NCBI GenBank assembly: GCA_937903605.1
Contig: CALCZC010000016.1
Span: 3,183-67,182 of the forward strand
Source of the DNA: an uncultured bacterium
GTDB taxonomy: Bacteria; Patescibacteriota; Patescibacteriia; Magasanikbacterales; GWA2-37-8
Direction of reading: 5' to 3'
Length of the DNA stretch: 64,000 nucleotides
A model generated the notes under the pieces. That model did no database searches, was not told the DNA's origin, and saw only the letters and a list, made by a program, of their open reading frames with translations. Below, piece by piece: positions 33,530 to 43,124 of the stretch (position 1 is the first letter of the stretch; each line of letters opens with the position of its first letter). Made by a program: the position numbers and the translations under genes.

Positions 33530-34674
33530 AATATATAATTTATGGAAATATTTATTCAGCAACATCGTTTTCAAATGTAATTCTTCATATGGCATACTAT
33601 TTAAGAAAATCTGGCAATGAGGTAGTTTTAAAATCAACCGAATTACTAAATGAACCTGAAGAGACGCTAATTGCTAAATATATGTCTCATATGCCCGATT
33701 CAAATGATTTATTAAAGAACTGCCTGTACAAAGACCAAAATGATTTTGATGTTGCTATATATTTCTTGGTCGATCCATTAGTCCATGCTCCAAATAAATC
33801 TATACGGGCCAAGAAACATATTTTCTATACTGTTTGGTCACATAATAACTATCCGATTAAATGGGCAGAAGCATTAAATCAGTATGATGAAGTATGGACT
33901 CCATCTCATGCTAATTCTGATGCCATTGTTAAAACTGGCAAGTGCAATAAACCTATTATTGTAATGCCACATGGATACGAACCATTGGTGTTTAATAATT
34001 TAGATAGGCATAAAAATAAGACATTTAAAATAGGCATGTGTAACTCTATATGCAACTTCAAGGGCGCTGATGTAGCCCTTGAGGCGTTTATGGAGTCATT
34101 CGATTATGGGGATGATGTTGAATTATGGCTTCAATCTACTGTGTCAGTAAGAAATAATCATGGTGATAAACATGGGCAATATTATAAAGAATACATTGAT
34201 ATACTGAATAAATATCCTGATAAGCAATTAAAAACATTCTATTATCAGAAAGACTGCAATATATCTGAAATGGCAGATTTTTATAGGTCATGTGATTTGA
34301 TATTATCTCCTCATCGTGGCGATGGATTTGGGCTTGTAGGGCTTGAAGCAATGGCATGTGGGGTTCCCGTTGTAATATCAAATTATCATGGGCCAAAAGA
34401 TTATATATCAGAGGCATATCCATATTGGTTGTGTGGCTCAATGGATTGGGTTAATCATTTTAGCAATAAACCGCATTGGCCTGATGGTGGCGATAAAGAA
34501 GAGATATACATGTTTTTCAATCCCGATAAAGAACATTTAAAAAAGATTCTATTGTCAGCTTATAGTGATTGGCAACATGATATAACATTGGAATGCAAAC
34601 AGTATTTTAAAGGACAATCATGGCAGAGCATAGTAGACTTTGTAGAGAGGTTGTGTAATGGAAAAAGTATTTAA
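33526..34674 (+). CDS. GT-B (GT4-like) glycosyltransferase
   Basis: DEVWTPS, PHG, KG.D, PHRGDGFGLVGLEAMACGVP. Confidence 0.9.
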   Translation: MKYIIYGNIYSATSFSNVILHMAYYLRKSGNEVVLKSTELLNEPEETLIAKYMSHMPDSNDLLKNCLYKDQNDFDVAIYFLVDPLVHAPNKSIRAKKHIFYTVWSHNNYPIKWAEALNQYDEVWTPSHANSDAIVKTGKCNKPIIVMPHGYEPLVFNNLDRHKNKTFKIGMCNSICNFKGADVALEAFMESFDYGDDVELWLQSTVSVRNNHGDKHGQYYKEYIDILNKYPDKQLKTFYYQKDCNISEMADFYRSCDLILSPHRGDGFGLVGLEAMACGVPVVISNYHGPKDYISEAYPYWLCGSMDWVNHFSNKPHWPDGGDKEEIYMFFNPDKEHLKKILLSAYSDWQHDITLECKQYFKGQSWQSIVDFVERLCNGKSI

Positions 34675-35290
34675 TGATATATTTTTGTATAAAGGATGGC
34701 AGGGGGAGGGGACAATTTCTGGCCCTGGCTCTACAATCGAAGCAACCAAAAATATTCGAAGATTCTTATCTAACCTTGGACAGATAAATATTATTGATTG
34801 TCCTTGTGGGGATTTTAATTGGATGAAGTTAGTGGCTGAAAAATTTAATAACTATTATGGCATAGATATTGTAAAGGATATTATCAATAATAACAATAAG
34901 AGATATTCAAAAGATAATATTTACTTTATACATGGAAGCCTTGATAATTATGATTTTTCGACCATTAATGCTGAATATATGCTAATACGAGACTGCCTAG
35001 TACATATGTCGCTTCAAGACATTATATCTGTCTTTAAAAATATTATAAAAAGTAATGCTAAAAAAATAATGATAACGCATTTTAATGATAATAGATTATT
35101 TAAAGACATTAATACTGGCGAATGGCGTCCTATAAATTTTTGTATGCCTCCATTTAATTTTCCGTCTCCACATTATTTACTTAACGAAGAGTGCAAGGAG
35201 TGCAATGGCATATTCGCAGACAAATCCATTGGAGTATGGGATATGCAAGTAATTAAAGATTTTATTGCAAAATATGATAAAATAAAGTAA
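34658..35290 (+). CDS. class I SAM-dependent methyltransferase
   Basis: SGPGS, D.PCGDFNWM, YYGIDIV, RDCLVH, WRPIN...PFNFP. Confidence 0.85.
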   Translation: MEKVFNDIFLYKGWQGEGTISGPGSTIEATKNIRRFLSNLGQINIIDCPCGDFNWMKLVAEKFNNYYGIDIVKDIINNNNKRYSKDNIYFIHGSLDNYDFSTINAEYMLIRDCLVHMSLQDIISVFKNIIKSNAKKIMITHFNDNRLFKDINTGEWRPINFCMPPFNFPSPHYLLNEECKECNGIFADKSIGVWDMQVIKDFIAKYDKIK

Positions 35291-35313
35291 AATACATATG
35301 GAAGGTGATTTAA

Positions 35314-35883
35314 GTGAAAATATCAGTAATTACTTTTAAGGATAATATTTTAGACATTCTTGACGCTAGACGTCAATTTAAATATGACCATATCGAAGTT
35401 TATGCTCCCGCAGAAAAAGAACGCGCGTTTCGCAAACAGGCCAAAGGATCAGACGTAAGAATTAAGTTCTTGCATGAGCTGATGTATGGCAATGATATTC
35501 TGGTCTTTATTGGCTGCACAACTGATTTTATACAGAACAATATTACCAAAGGCAAAGAAGTATTAATGACCAACGATAAGGTTATTGCAGTTGGTGCGAA
35601 AGAAGTGCTTGGACCTTATATGATTGGTGGCGTATCTTATTTTAAATTTAAGCCTCTTCAGATTCTTACTAAGCCGATAGAGGTAAAGTCTGAGATAAAA
35701 ATTGAGCCAGTTAAGATAGAGATTCCTATTGAAGTTTCTATTGAAAAAATAGTTGAAGTTGGGCCTATTAAGGCTATTGTCGAAGAGCCTAAAAAAGAGG
35801 AAATTGTTATTAAGGCTGAAGCTCCTATTGAACCTCCCGTTGCAGAAGTTAAAAAGATTCTGCCCAAAAGGGGCAGAAGATAA
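35314..35883 (+). CDS. hypothetical protein with low-complexity E/I/K/P/V-rich C terminus
   Basis: ORF track; repeated IE.K/IEP units. Confidence 0.6.
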   Translation: MKISVITFKDNILDILDARRQFKYDHIEVYAPAEKERAFRKQAKGSDVRIKFLHELMYGNDILVFIGCTTDFIQNNITKGKEVLMTNDKVIAVGAKEVLGPYMIGGVSYFKFKPLQILTKPIEVKSEIKIEPVKIEIPIEVSIEKIVEVGPIKAIVEEPKKEEIVIKAEAPIEPPVAEVKKILPKRGRR

Positions 35884-36413
35884 TGAACAAGTTTGATAAG
35901 TATTGTGGTATGCATGCGTGGATTCCTGCGCCAAACTTATCAAATGGATTTCATGGGATTCTCTTTCAATATATTAAAGAATATTATCAAGATAGAAATT
36001 CGTTGCTTATGATTGCAGAGAATGATAATGTAAATAATATATTTGAAAGAGAGTTTCGCAATATTTCGATTAACAATAACTCATATTCGGGAAGTAAGGG
36101 CGAGCAGTTTATCGACTTGAATATAAAATTAAATTGGGAGTCTAAATTTGATTTTGTATTAAGTCAGGCTTTATTAGAACATGTCTGCCGCCCATGTATT
36201 GCTTTAGAGAATATGGTTGATGCGACGAAGATAGGCGGCAAAATAATAATACATACTCAAAATGCCCAGATGGGATATCATGCCGTACCGATTGACTGTT
36301 TAAGGTTTTTTAAAGATTGGTTTGTTGATATGCAAAAATATCTTCCAATTAAGTTAATTGCATGGAACGAATTTGGGCCACATTTGTTTTGCATGTATGA
36401 AAGGATTAATTAA
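35883..36413 (+). CDS. methyltransferase type 11-like protein
   Basis: FDFVLSQALLEHV..P, GG.III, YH..P.D..RF. Confidence 0.8.
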   Translation: MNKFDKYCGMHAWIPAPNLSNGFHGILFQYIKEYYQDRNSLLMIAENDNVNNIFEREFRNISINNNSYSGSKGEQFIDLNIKLNWESKFDFVLSQALLEHVCRPCIALENMVDATKIGGKIIIHTQNAQMGYHAVPIDCLRFFKDWFVDMQKYLPIKLIAWNEFGPHLFCMYERIN

Positions 36414-37144
36414 TGAACATTGCGGTTATAATGTGTTATTGTGGTAGGAATGAGAGATGGCTCTATCAATCAATATGCTCGTTAAAATCAGAGAAACATA
36501 ATGTTGATGTTTATTTGCATTTAGACGGATGTCAGAGGCCAGTTTCTTTTGTGTTTGCCGATAATATTAAAGTTGTTCAATCGCCATCTCGCTTAGGTTA
36601 CGCGAATGGCATTAATAAATGTGTTCTTGCAATCGCCCAGTCTGGCAAACATTATGATTATATTGCTCGAATGGATGATGATGATGTTAGCGCTGATGAT
36701 AGATTGGATAAACAAGTTGAGTTTTTAGAGCAGAACAAAAATATTGATTTTTGCGGTTGCTTGCTTACTGTTATTGATGATGCAGGAAAAGTAACGGATA
36801 ATACATGGATGGCCCAAGCAAATAATGGAATTGATTGGTCAACTCGTTTTTTAAATGGTGGTTGTTATATTGCCAATGGCACTGTAATGTTCAGATCAAA
36901 AATATTATATGAGGGACACCTTTGGTATAATCCATTGTATCTTGTAATTGAAGATTATGAACTATGGTTTAGATTATTTCGACAGGGTTATAGATACGAT
37001 GTAGTTCCAGAAAGATTGTATTTGTATAGAGTTCACGCTGGACAAGAAACACAAAGGCATTCAGAGCATAATAAGAAAATGGCAATGGCAGATGAGATAC
37101 ATCAGTTTTATGTAAAGAATTGGAGCAAGTTTTTAGTAAAATGA
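36413..37144 (+). CDS. GT-A (GT2) glycosyltransferase
   Basis: YIARMDDDD, RL..Q, EDYELW, YRVH. Confidence 0.9.
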   Translation: MNIAVIMCYCGRNERWLYQSICSLKSEKHNVDVYLHLDGCQRPVSFVFADNIKVVQSPSRLGYANGINKCVLAIAQSGKHYDYIARMDDDDVSADDRLDKQVEFLEQNKNIDFCGCLLTVIDDAGKVTDNTWMAQANNGIDWSTRFLNGGCYIANGTVMFRSKILYEGHLWYNPLYLVIEDYELWFRLFRQGYRYDVVPERLYLYRVHAGQETQRHSEHNKKMAMADEIHQFYVKNWSKFLVK

Positions 37145-38274
37145 GCAAAGAGCAAGAAGAAATAGATATTATAAATAAATTCGTCCAGCGTCATAAGGTC
37201 GAAGGGAATACTCCATTTAGTTATGGGAAGATATTTCATCACTTAGATGTTTTACATGAAATAAAACATCGTCCAGAAGACGTATGTCCCGTAACTCTGG
37301 AATTACATTTGACAAATAAGTGTTCGCATAATTGCTTATTCTGTATGTATAAAAAAGAGATAAGAGAAAGCAATATTTGTTCGGCAGAGATTCCGTTTGA
37401 TATAGCTGAATCTATAATAGACGATGCTGCAAGAATGGGAGTTAAGGCAATTACTTATAGCGGTGGAGGGGAGCCGACATTACACCCTCAGTTTAAAGCT
37501 ATATCTACGATTGGCAGTGACTATTCAATAGACCAGGGGTTAATTACTAATGGAAGTATGCTGCATCACAAAGATATATGTGAACATATTGTAAATAATT
37601 TTAAATGGGTTCGCATATCTGTTGATGCCGGTTCGGATTCAGTATATAAAATATTGCATGGCAACTGTTGTGATTTTAGCAAAACAATAGACGGAATTAA
37701 GCAATTATGCGTTATAAATAACAATAGAATCAAAATAGGCATTTCCTTTTTATTGACATCATTTAATTCTTGTGATATGATTAAATTGTATGATATTTTG
37801 TCTTCCATTGGCGTTGATTACCTACAGATAAAGCCCATGATTATGTCTAAAAATCAAAAAAGCATACATAACAATTATATTACACAGGCAATCGTAGATG
37901 ATATTGAGACGCTAATACAGAAGGCAGAGAAAGACAATAAGATAAAAGTATATGTATTATTCGACCAGTTTAAAAATATTATAGGCAACGAACATACTTT
38001 TGATAAATGCCATGGACATGCGTTATATCCAGTTATATCGGCGATACAGGAAATCTTTGTCTGCTGCATGCATTTACATAATGACTCAATGAAATATGGA
38101 AAAATAACTAAAAATAATTCGTTTTATGATATATGGCGTAGTAAAAAAAGATTCCAGATTGGCGACAACATTGATTTAAGCAAATGCCCAAAATTATGCC
38201 GATTGGCGAAGACAAATAACATTTTAGACATGATAGATAAAACTACTAATTTAGATATTAATTTTTTAAATTAA
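37120..38274 (+). CDS. radical SAM protein with SPASM/twitch domain
   Basis: CSHNCLFC (CxxxCxxC), SGGGEPT, TNG, RISVD, C-terminal C...CC...CP..C. Confidence 0.9.
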   Translation: MEQVFSKMSKEQEEIDIINKFVQRHKVEGNTPFSYGKIFHHLDVLHEIKHRPEDVCPVTLELHLTNKCSHNCLFCMYKKEIRESNICSAEIPFDIAESIIDDAARMGVKAITYSGGGEPTLHPQFKAISTIGSDYSIDQGLITNGSMLHHKDICEHIVNNFKWVRISVDAGSDSVYKILHGNCCDFSKTIDGIKQLCVINNNRIKIGISFLLTSFNSCDMIKLYDILSSIGVDYLQIKPMIMSKNQKSIHNNYITQAIVDDIETLIQKAEKDNKIKVYVLFDQFKNIIGNEHTFDKCHGHALYPVISAIQEIFVCCMHLHNDSMKYGKITKNNSFYDIWRSKKRFQIGDNIDLSKCPKLCRLAKTNNILDMIDKTTNLDINFLN

Positions 38275-38283
38275 GGGGGTTAC

Positions 38284-38721
38284 ATGCATTCAGTTACTCA
38301 GACAATAATAGATAAAATAAAGCGTCAGGTTACAGTTGGCACTGATACGGATGCTACTATCGCGCTTAAAATAGGCGATACTTTTGATGATATTTATAAC
38401 GATACTGGCGTTTCTTTATCATTTGTCGATGAAACTGATTATGAGATAACTCCAAGTATAGCCGGCACCGCTAACGGATCGTATCGTTTGGCGATATTCT
38501 ATAAAGTAAAGGCATATTACTTAATTAAGGCCAAGGATGCCGCTACAGCGAAAGCAGTTAGGGTTAAGTCTGGTCGCGATGAGGTTGATACAACTAAGGC
38601 AGTTGGCGGATATGAGAACTCGATTAAAGATAATGCGACTGACTATAAGAAATGTGTTAATAAGATTAATTCGGTGTTAGGCGGAAGACTTGCTGATGTC
38701 AGCGAACAGGATGAGGTATAA
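38284..38721 (+). CDS. putative head-tail adaptor
   Basis: Position and size in the neck module. Confidence 0.55.
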   Translation: MHSVTQTIIDKIKRQVTVGTDTDATIALKIGDTFDDIYNDTGVSLSFVDETDYEITPSIAGTANGSYRLAIFYKVKAYYLIKAKDAATAKAVRVKSGRDEVDTTKAVGGYENSIKDNATDYKKCVNKINSVLGGRLADVSEQDEV

Positions 38722-39257
38722 TGGCTATAGTAGAACCTGAGTTACTAACAGATGATATTATAGAAACATATCAAAGCAATATCACGGCGATCAAGCATCA
38801 ACTTGGAACGCTTGCGGATATTGTATGGAACGAAGAAGAGGTTAAATGTCCTAACTGCTTCTATGATTCTGTTAATAAATCGTCTACTGGCAGATATAGG
38901 CCATCTGGACCTATAGTGTTTACGACAGGCACTTGTCCGTATTGTTCTGGAAAGGGAATGCTGACGAATACTGGCAAACTTAGCATAAAGGGAAATGTAT
39001 TCTATCCTGGCTTATTTACACACGATAGAGAGCCTGAGCCTGGATATGTATTTGATAATCAGAACGCTAATATATCATTTTTAAAAAGCGAATGCTATAT
39101 AAGCGAAGGACAATATAGTGGTAAGCTGGTTTTTGATGTAATGAGATATATGGAGTTTGATTCCCAGAAATGGGTATTGGATGGCATGCCAATGTGGACA
39201 GGCTTAGGCGAAAGATTCGTAATAGAGGCTAAAATAAAAAGAACGAATAAGGTGTAA
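38721..39257 (+). CDS. putative head closure protein with Zn finger
   Basis: Position; CPNC...CPYC.G.G. Confidence 0.55.
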   Translation: MAIVEPELLTDDIIETYQSNITAIKHQLGTLADIVWNEEEVKCPNCFYDSVNKSSTGRYRPSGPIVFTTGTCPYCSGKGMLTNTGKLSIKGNVFYPGLFTHDREPEPGYVFDNQNANISFLKSECYISEGQYSGKLVFDVMRYMEFDSQKWVLDGMPMWTGLGERFVIEAKIKRTNKV

Positions 39258-39258
39258 T

Positions 39259-40209
39259 ATGGCGGAAGATTTTATTAAATTTGAATCTTTTTTACGAAAA
39301 TTTCAAATGGGAAAGTTCGTTGAATTAGACCTAACTGGACTCAAGAAAGCATTTAATAAGATAAGGGGAGAGCGTGGAAGATTTATCGGCAAGTCTGCCG
39401 CTTTCGCTAAGTTATTAGAGGCTGTCAATGTTGGCAGCGAGTTCGGGATTAAAGATGTTGCATATAAGATTTATGAAGAGTATAAAAAAACTCTTAAAAG
39501 GTCAAGTAATCCAATTGTTGCATCTGTTTTAGAATCGTTGGGCGCGATATGTGAAGAGATGCAGATGAACCCTAAAAAATATTTTAATATAAAGATAGTT
39601 AAAGAAGACCAAATAGAAGTAAGAGCCAGACCGTTTAATATGACATTATTTAATAAGAGCACGATAAAAGATAGACAATCATATTATCGGCCACGCGGTA
39701 TTGTTAGAACTAAATATAAAGACTATGATATAAAGCCGCTATTCATAACAAACCCGATGTATGGCAGAAACTCGTCGCATGTGGGCATGGGCGTTTTGTT
39801 TGAATTTGGCAGGGCCAGCGCTGGCACGATTCGGCCAGGACAAGAAGCGAAGGAAACAATTTATAGAACCAAACCTAAATCAAAAGGCAAAAAACCAGAG
39901 TATCGTAAGAGAAAAATAAAAGGCTCAGAGTCGTTTGCATATTACACTGTACTGCCACAGCAATCAGTTTTAAAAGAAACCAAAAAGGGTTTAGCTTTTG
40001 GTGGACAAAAACGCGCTCTTTTGATTCCTGTTAGTTCAAGGGAATATGTTTTTAGGTCGCAATCTCGCTGGGGAAAAACAAAGGGTATGAATAAGATATA
40101 TGAACAGCAAAACGTCATTCGGGATAAATATGTTAAGGCTTTTATTGAAGCGATAGAAGTATCTTTAAAAAACTTTGGATTTAATAAATTTTCAGTAACA
40201 AGGGCGTAA
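39259..40209 (+). CDS. putative neck/tail completion protein (basic)
   Basis: Position; FEFG motif reminiscent of HK97 gp10-like proteins. Confidence 0.45.
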   Translation: MAEDFIKFESFLRKFQMGKFVELDLTGLKKAFNKIRGERGRFIGKSAAFAKLLEAVNVGSEFGIKDVAYKIYEEYKKTLKRSSNPIVASVLESLGAICEEMQMNPKKYFNIKIVKEDQIEVRARPFNMTLFNKSTIKDRQSYYRPRGIVRTKYKDYDIKPLFITNPMYGRNSSHVGMGVLFEFGRASAGTIRPGQEAKETIYRTKPKSKGKKPEYRKRKIKGSESFAYYTVLPQQSVLKETKKGLAFGGQKRALLIPVSSREYVFRSQSRWGKTKGMNKIYEQQNVIRDKYVKAFIEAIEVSLKNFGFNKFSVTRA

Positions 40210-40211
40210 AT

Positions 40212-40754
40212 ATGGAATTAAGAAGAATGGCAATAATTAATTTATGTTTTGAGGCAAAGCGTATTATTGAATCAGTAATAGGCAGAGATGATTTTACATA
40301 TTTACTTGAAATGCCAGATGATGATAAACAAATAGTATTTCCTGTTGATTATCAAGAAGGACTTAACTATAAGATGCCAGTTTGCGTTGTAGACGCAGAT
40401 TTCTTTGAGATGGAACCAGTTGAAATAGGCGGTTCTTTTTGGGATATAGCGCATGTAACAATAGACATAATATGCGTAACAAAGGCAGAAAGTATGGATA
40501 TTGCTGAAACTATTCTTAAGAATTTAGTAAGCAATCATAATTTTTATGATTTTAATGCAGACGCAGATATACCAGACATCAACGAACCCTTTGACCCAGG
40601 GCTGTTGCCGTCTACGGTATTAACTCAATGGGATGTGACGAGCGAGGAAGATTTTTCTCAATCGACACTGAAACTAACTAATTCTACAGAGCCGAATTAT
40701 GCAAAGCGATATCAAAGTACGCTTGCAGGAACTATTCGGTACATCAGAAACTAA
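40212..40754 (+). CDS. putative tail terminator
   Basis: Acidic 180-aa protein directly before the tail tube gene. Confidence 0.55.
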   Translation: MELRRMAIINLCFEAKRIIESVIGRDDFTYLLEMPDDDKQIVFPVDYQEGLNYKMPVCVVDADFFEMEPVEIGGSFWDIAHVTIDIICVTKAESMDIAETILKNLVSNHNFYDFNADADIPDINEPFDPGLLPSTVLTQWDVTSEEDFSQSTLKLTNSTEPNYAKRYQSTLAGTIRYIRN

Positions 40755-40774
40755 TTTAACAGGACGGTGTTAAA

Positions 40775-42109
40775 ATGAGTGTAACAACCCAAATTCAAGG
40801 CAAGGGTCAAGCGATATTCATGAACAATGATATCCTTAAAAGAGTGCAGAATGTGGACCTTGGTGCAGACTTGGCAGTTGAAAACATAGAAGAACTCGCA
40901 AATGCGGGCTATGTTGAAAAACTTGCCGATCTTCCTAAAGTTTCCGTTTCAATAGAAACTAATGATGTTGGCTCGATGGCAAACTTAGTGCTTCTGAAAA
41001 GCGGCACCCAGCTTCCTTCGACCCCGACTGCTTATGGCGTTAACAGAGGTACGACTGGTATATATGTAGGAACTTATTCGGGCAACGATGTTGTCACGAT
41101 GTTAGACCCTACTTATGACCTCGACCATCAAAAATGCCCTTCGTTTGTATTTAAAATAAGCGAATTTAATAACACTACGCTCGACAGAAGCTGCCACTTA
41201 CAGGGAACTTATCTCGATGCAGTAGAATTTGCATATGAGGTTGGCGGTCTCGCAAAAGAAAACTATCGTTTCTCTGGCGACCATAAAGTATGGTATTTCG
41301 GCACGAAGAAAGATATAGCGCTTGATTTCGCAACTTATTCGGATGCTTCAAATGCAACGACTACGGTTAATATGACTACTTTAGGTCTTACGCTTGAAGC
41401 AGTATTCCTTAATAAAGAAGAAATATATAATGATGCCAAATCATTAGATACTTATTCGATAACTTGGGCTGGCACTACGCTTACGGCTGGCACTGGAACT
41501 CCGTTCCTCTCTGGCGACCGTATCGAAGTGGTTTACAGCTACAATACTGCTCGCGAATTCCCGAAACTGAATACGACTAATACTGGTACTCGCGGTGGTC
41601 TTCGCAGGGGTTGTATCAAAGTGTACGCATGGAAAAATGGCGATACTGGCGATAAAGAAAAATTACTCCGTTGCCAGAGCGTAAGCGGTTCGTTAGATTT
41701 CGGCAGACAGGAAATATACGAACTTGGCACTCAGCGCTACATCGATAAACCAACTACTTATCCGCTGAATGTTAGATTCGACCTTACCTTCAACCAGGCC
41801 GATCTTAAAACGATGGCAATAGCACAGGGTAAGTTCGCATCTGGCGCCTCTCCCAATTGGGAAGATGGAACTCTGACTACTATGGATGTTAAAGACTTCA
41901 TAGATAATTGCGACGTTCAGGTTGAAATCTACAAAGACGCTCATACTGCAACCGCGTCTACCCTCGCTAAAACGATAACTTTTGCTAACTGCAAAATAGT
42001 TACCGAAGGCGACTCGGCGCGTGTTGGCAATACGGCTGGCCAGTGGAGAGCAACCCTTCAGACTGATAACATCGTATGGTCTGGAAGCGGCAATAATCTC
42101 GATAGCTAA
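40775..42109 (+). CDS. major tail (tube) protein
   Basis: High-expression codon bias, T-rich beta protein, duplicated QxV...ExxELG motifs; followed by a terminator and chaperones. Confidence 0.75.
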   Translation: MSVTTQIQGKGQAIFMNNDILKRVQNVDLGADLAVENIEELANAGYVEKLADLPKVSVSIETNDVGSMANLVLLKSGTQLPSTPTAYGVNRGTTGIYVGTYSGNDVVTMLDPTYDLDHQKCPSFVFKISEFNNTTLDRSCHLQGTYLDAVEFAYEVGGLAKENYRFSGDHKVWYFGTKKDIALDFATYSDASNATTTVNMTTLGLTLEAVFLNKEEIYNDAKSLDTYSITWAGTTLTAGTGTPFLSGDRIEVVYSYNTAREFPKLNTTNTGTRGGLRRGCIKVYAWKNGDTGDKEKLLRCQSVSGSLDFGRQEIYELGTQRYIDKPTTYPLNVRFDLTFNQADLKTMAIAQGKFASGASPNWEDGTLTTMDVKDFIDNCDVQVEIYKDAHTATASTLAKTITFANCKIVTEGDSARVGNTAGQWRATLQTDNIVWSGSGNNLDS

Positions 42110-42113
42110 TTGC

Positions 42114-42142
42114 TTGACATTCGTAATTTAATACGATAAAAT
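42114..42142 (+). promoter_or_regulatory. sigmaA-type promoter overlapping the tail tube terminator
   Basis: TTGACA-17 nt-TAAAAT. Confidence 0.6.
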
Positions 42143-42187
42143 GGTAGTGATGGTAGAGTAATTTCTGCTGTCACTATCATTTTTTTT
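42141..42187 (+). terminator. intrinsic terminator
   Basis: ATGGTAGTGATGGTAGA...TCTGCTGTCACTATCAT followed by a T run. Confidence 0.75.
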
Positions 42188-42200
42188 AGGAGGATTCCAA

Positions 42201-42878
42201 ATGGAAGAAATTAAGGTAGCACAACAAGAAGCGAAAGACATGGAGCAGATGGCAGAATCGAAGGCAGTATTAACTAATGGCGCTAAAGAGTTTACTTTTG
42301 ATGGCACTAAAGTGTATGTAAGGTTTCCTCGTTTAAAGGAAAAGAATCAGCTTGATAAAGAATATTCGTTAAAATATCTTAAGATGGTTCGCGATAAACA
42401 GTTCCCTACGATGAGAGCATGGAAAAAAGAACTGGAAGTCAATGGCATGTGGACTCCCGAGGATGAAAACGAATTTATCGAAAGCCAGAAGATGTATATG
42501 GAATCATATAAAGAATGGTATTCGTTTCCATACGATCAGAGATTAGATAATCCTGCATTTGATGATGCAGATAAAAATTATACTCAGGCGACGATTAACT
42601 ACATGAAATTATTCACTGAAAGAGAGAGCATGTTCGCTCATACGATTGAGAAGATATTAGAAAATGAACAGATCGTAAAACAAGTTATAATGTGTGTATT
42701 TAAAGATGAAGGATTTAAAGAACCTTTATTCAAAGACGAAAATGACCTTGAAAATTATCCCAATGGCGAGGCAGTAGTATCTCTTGTAAGAGATTGCACT
42801 ACCTTCTGGATGGGAGTTGGTGAGCGTTTTTTAGAGCAATTGCCCGCGAACATATCTGGCAACGCAAGTACGAATTAA
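42201..42878 (+). CDS. tail assembly chaperone (gpG-like)
   Basis: Between tail tube and tape measure; slippery T TTT TTA at 42827-42833. Confidence 0.75.
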   Translation: MEEIKVAQQEAKDMEQMAESKAVLTNGAKEFTFDGTKVYVRFPRLKEKNQLDKEYSLKYLKMVRDKQFPTMRAWKKELEVNGMWTPEDENEFIESQKMYMESYKEWYSFPYDQRLDNPAFDDADKNYTQATINYMKLFTERESMFAHTIEKILENEQIVKQVIMCVFKDEGFKEPLFKDENDLENYPNGEAVVSLVRDCTTFWMGVGERFLEQLPANISGNASTN

Positions 42879-43099
42879 CTCGTAAAGACTTAGGCAGTAT
42901 GTTTGATGGGTGTGTCTCAGAATGGGATTTGAATAAAACGCTATTCTTAAGTTGGTGCAAGTTTTACTATGATTTAAGAGAAATGAGTCCTAAAGAAAGG
43001 CCGGCTCCAGATGTAGTCGAGAATGACTATGAATTGGATAGGCACATGGACGATATAATAAATAAACGGAAAGTCGAAGAGTTCAAAGACAAATTCTGA
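42833..43099 (+). CDS. tail assembly chaperone -1 frameshift extension (gpGT-like)
   Basis: -1 frame open from the slip site (RAIAREHIWQRKY...) into ORF 42899-43099. Confidence 0.75.
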   Translation, partial: RAIAREHIWQRKYELTRKDLGSMFDGCVSEWDLNKTLFLSWCKFYYDLREMSPKERPAPDVVENDYELDRHMDDIINKRKVEEFKDKF

Positions 43100-43124
43100 G
43101 AAACGAAAGGACGGAAAGGGACAT

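Noticed and set aside
40775-42109. Contractile tail sheath
   Set aside because: No separate tube gene or baseplate wedge genes; the layout with a very long tape measure is siphovirus-like.
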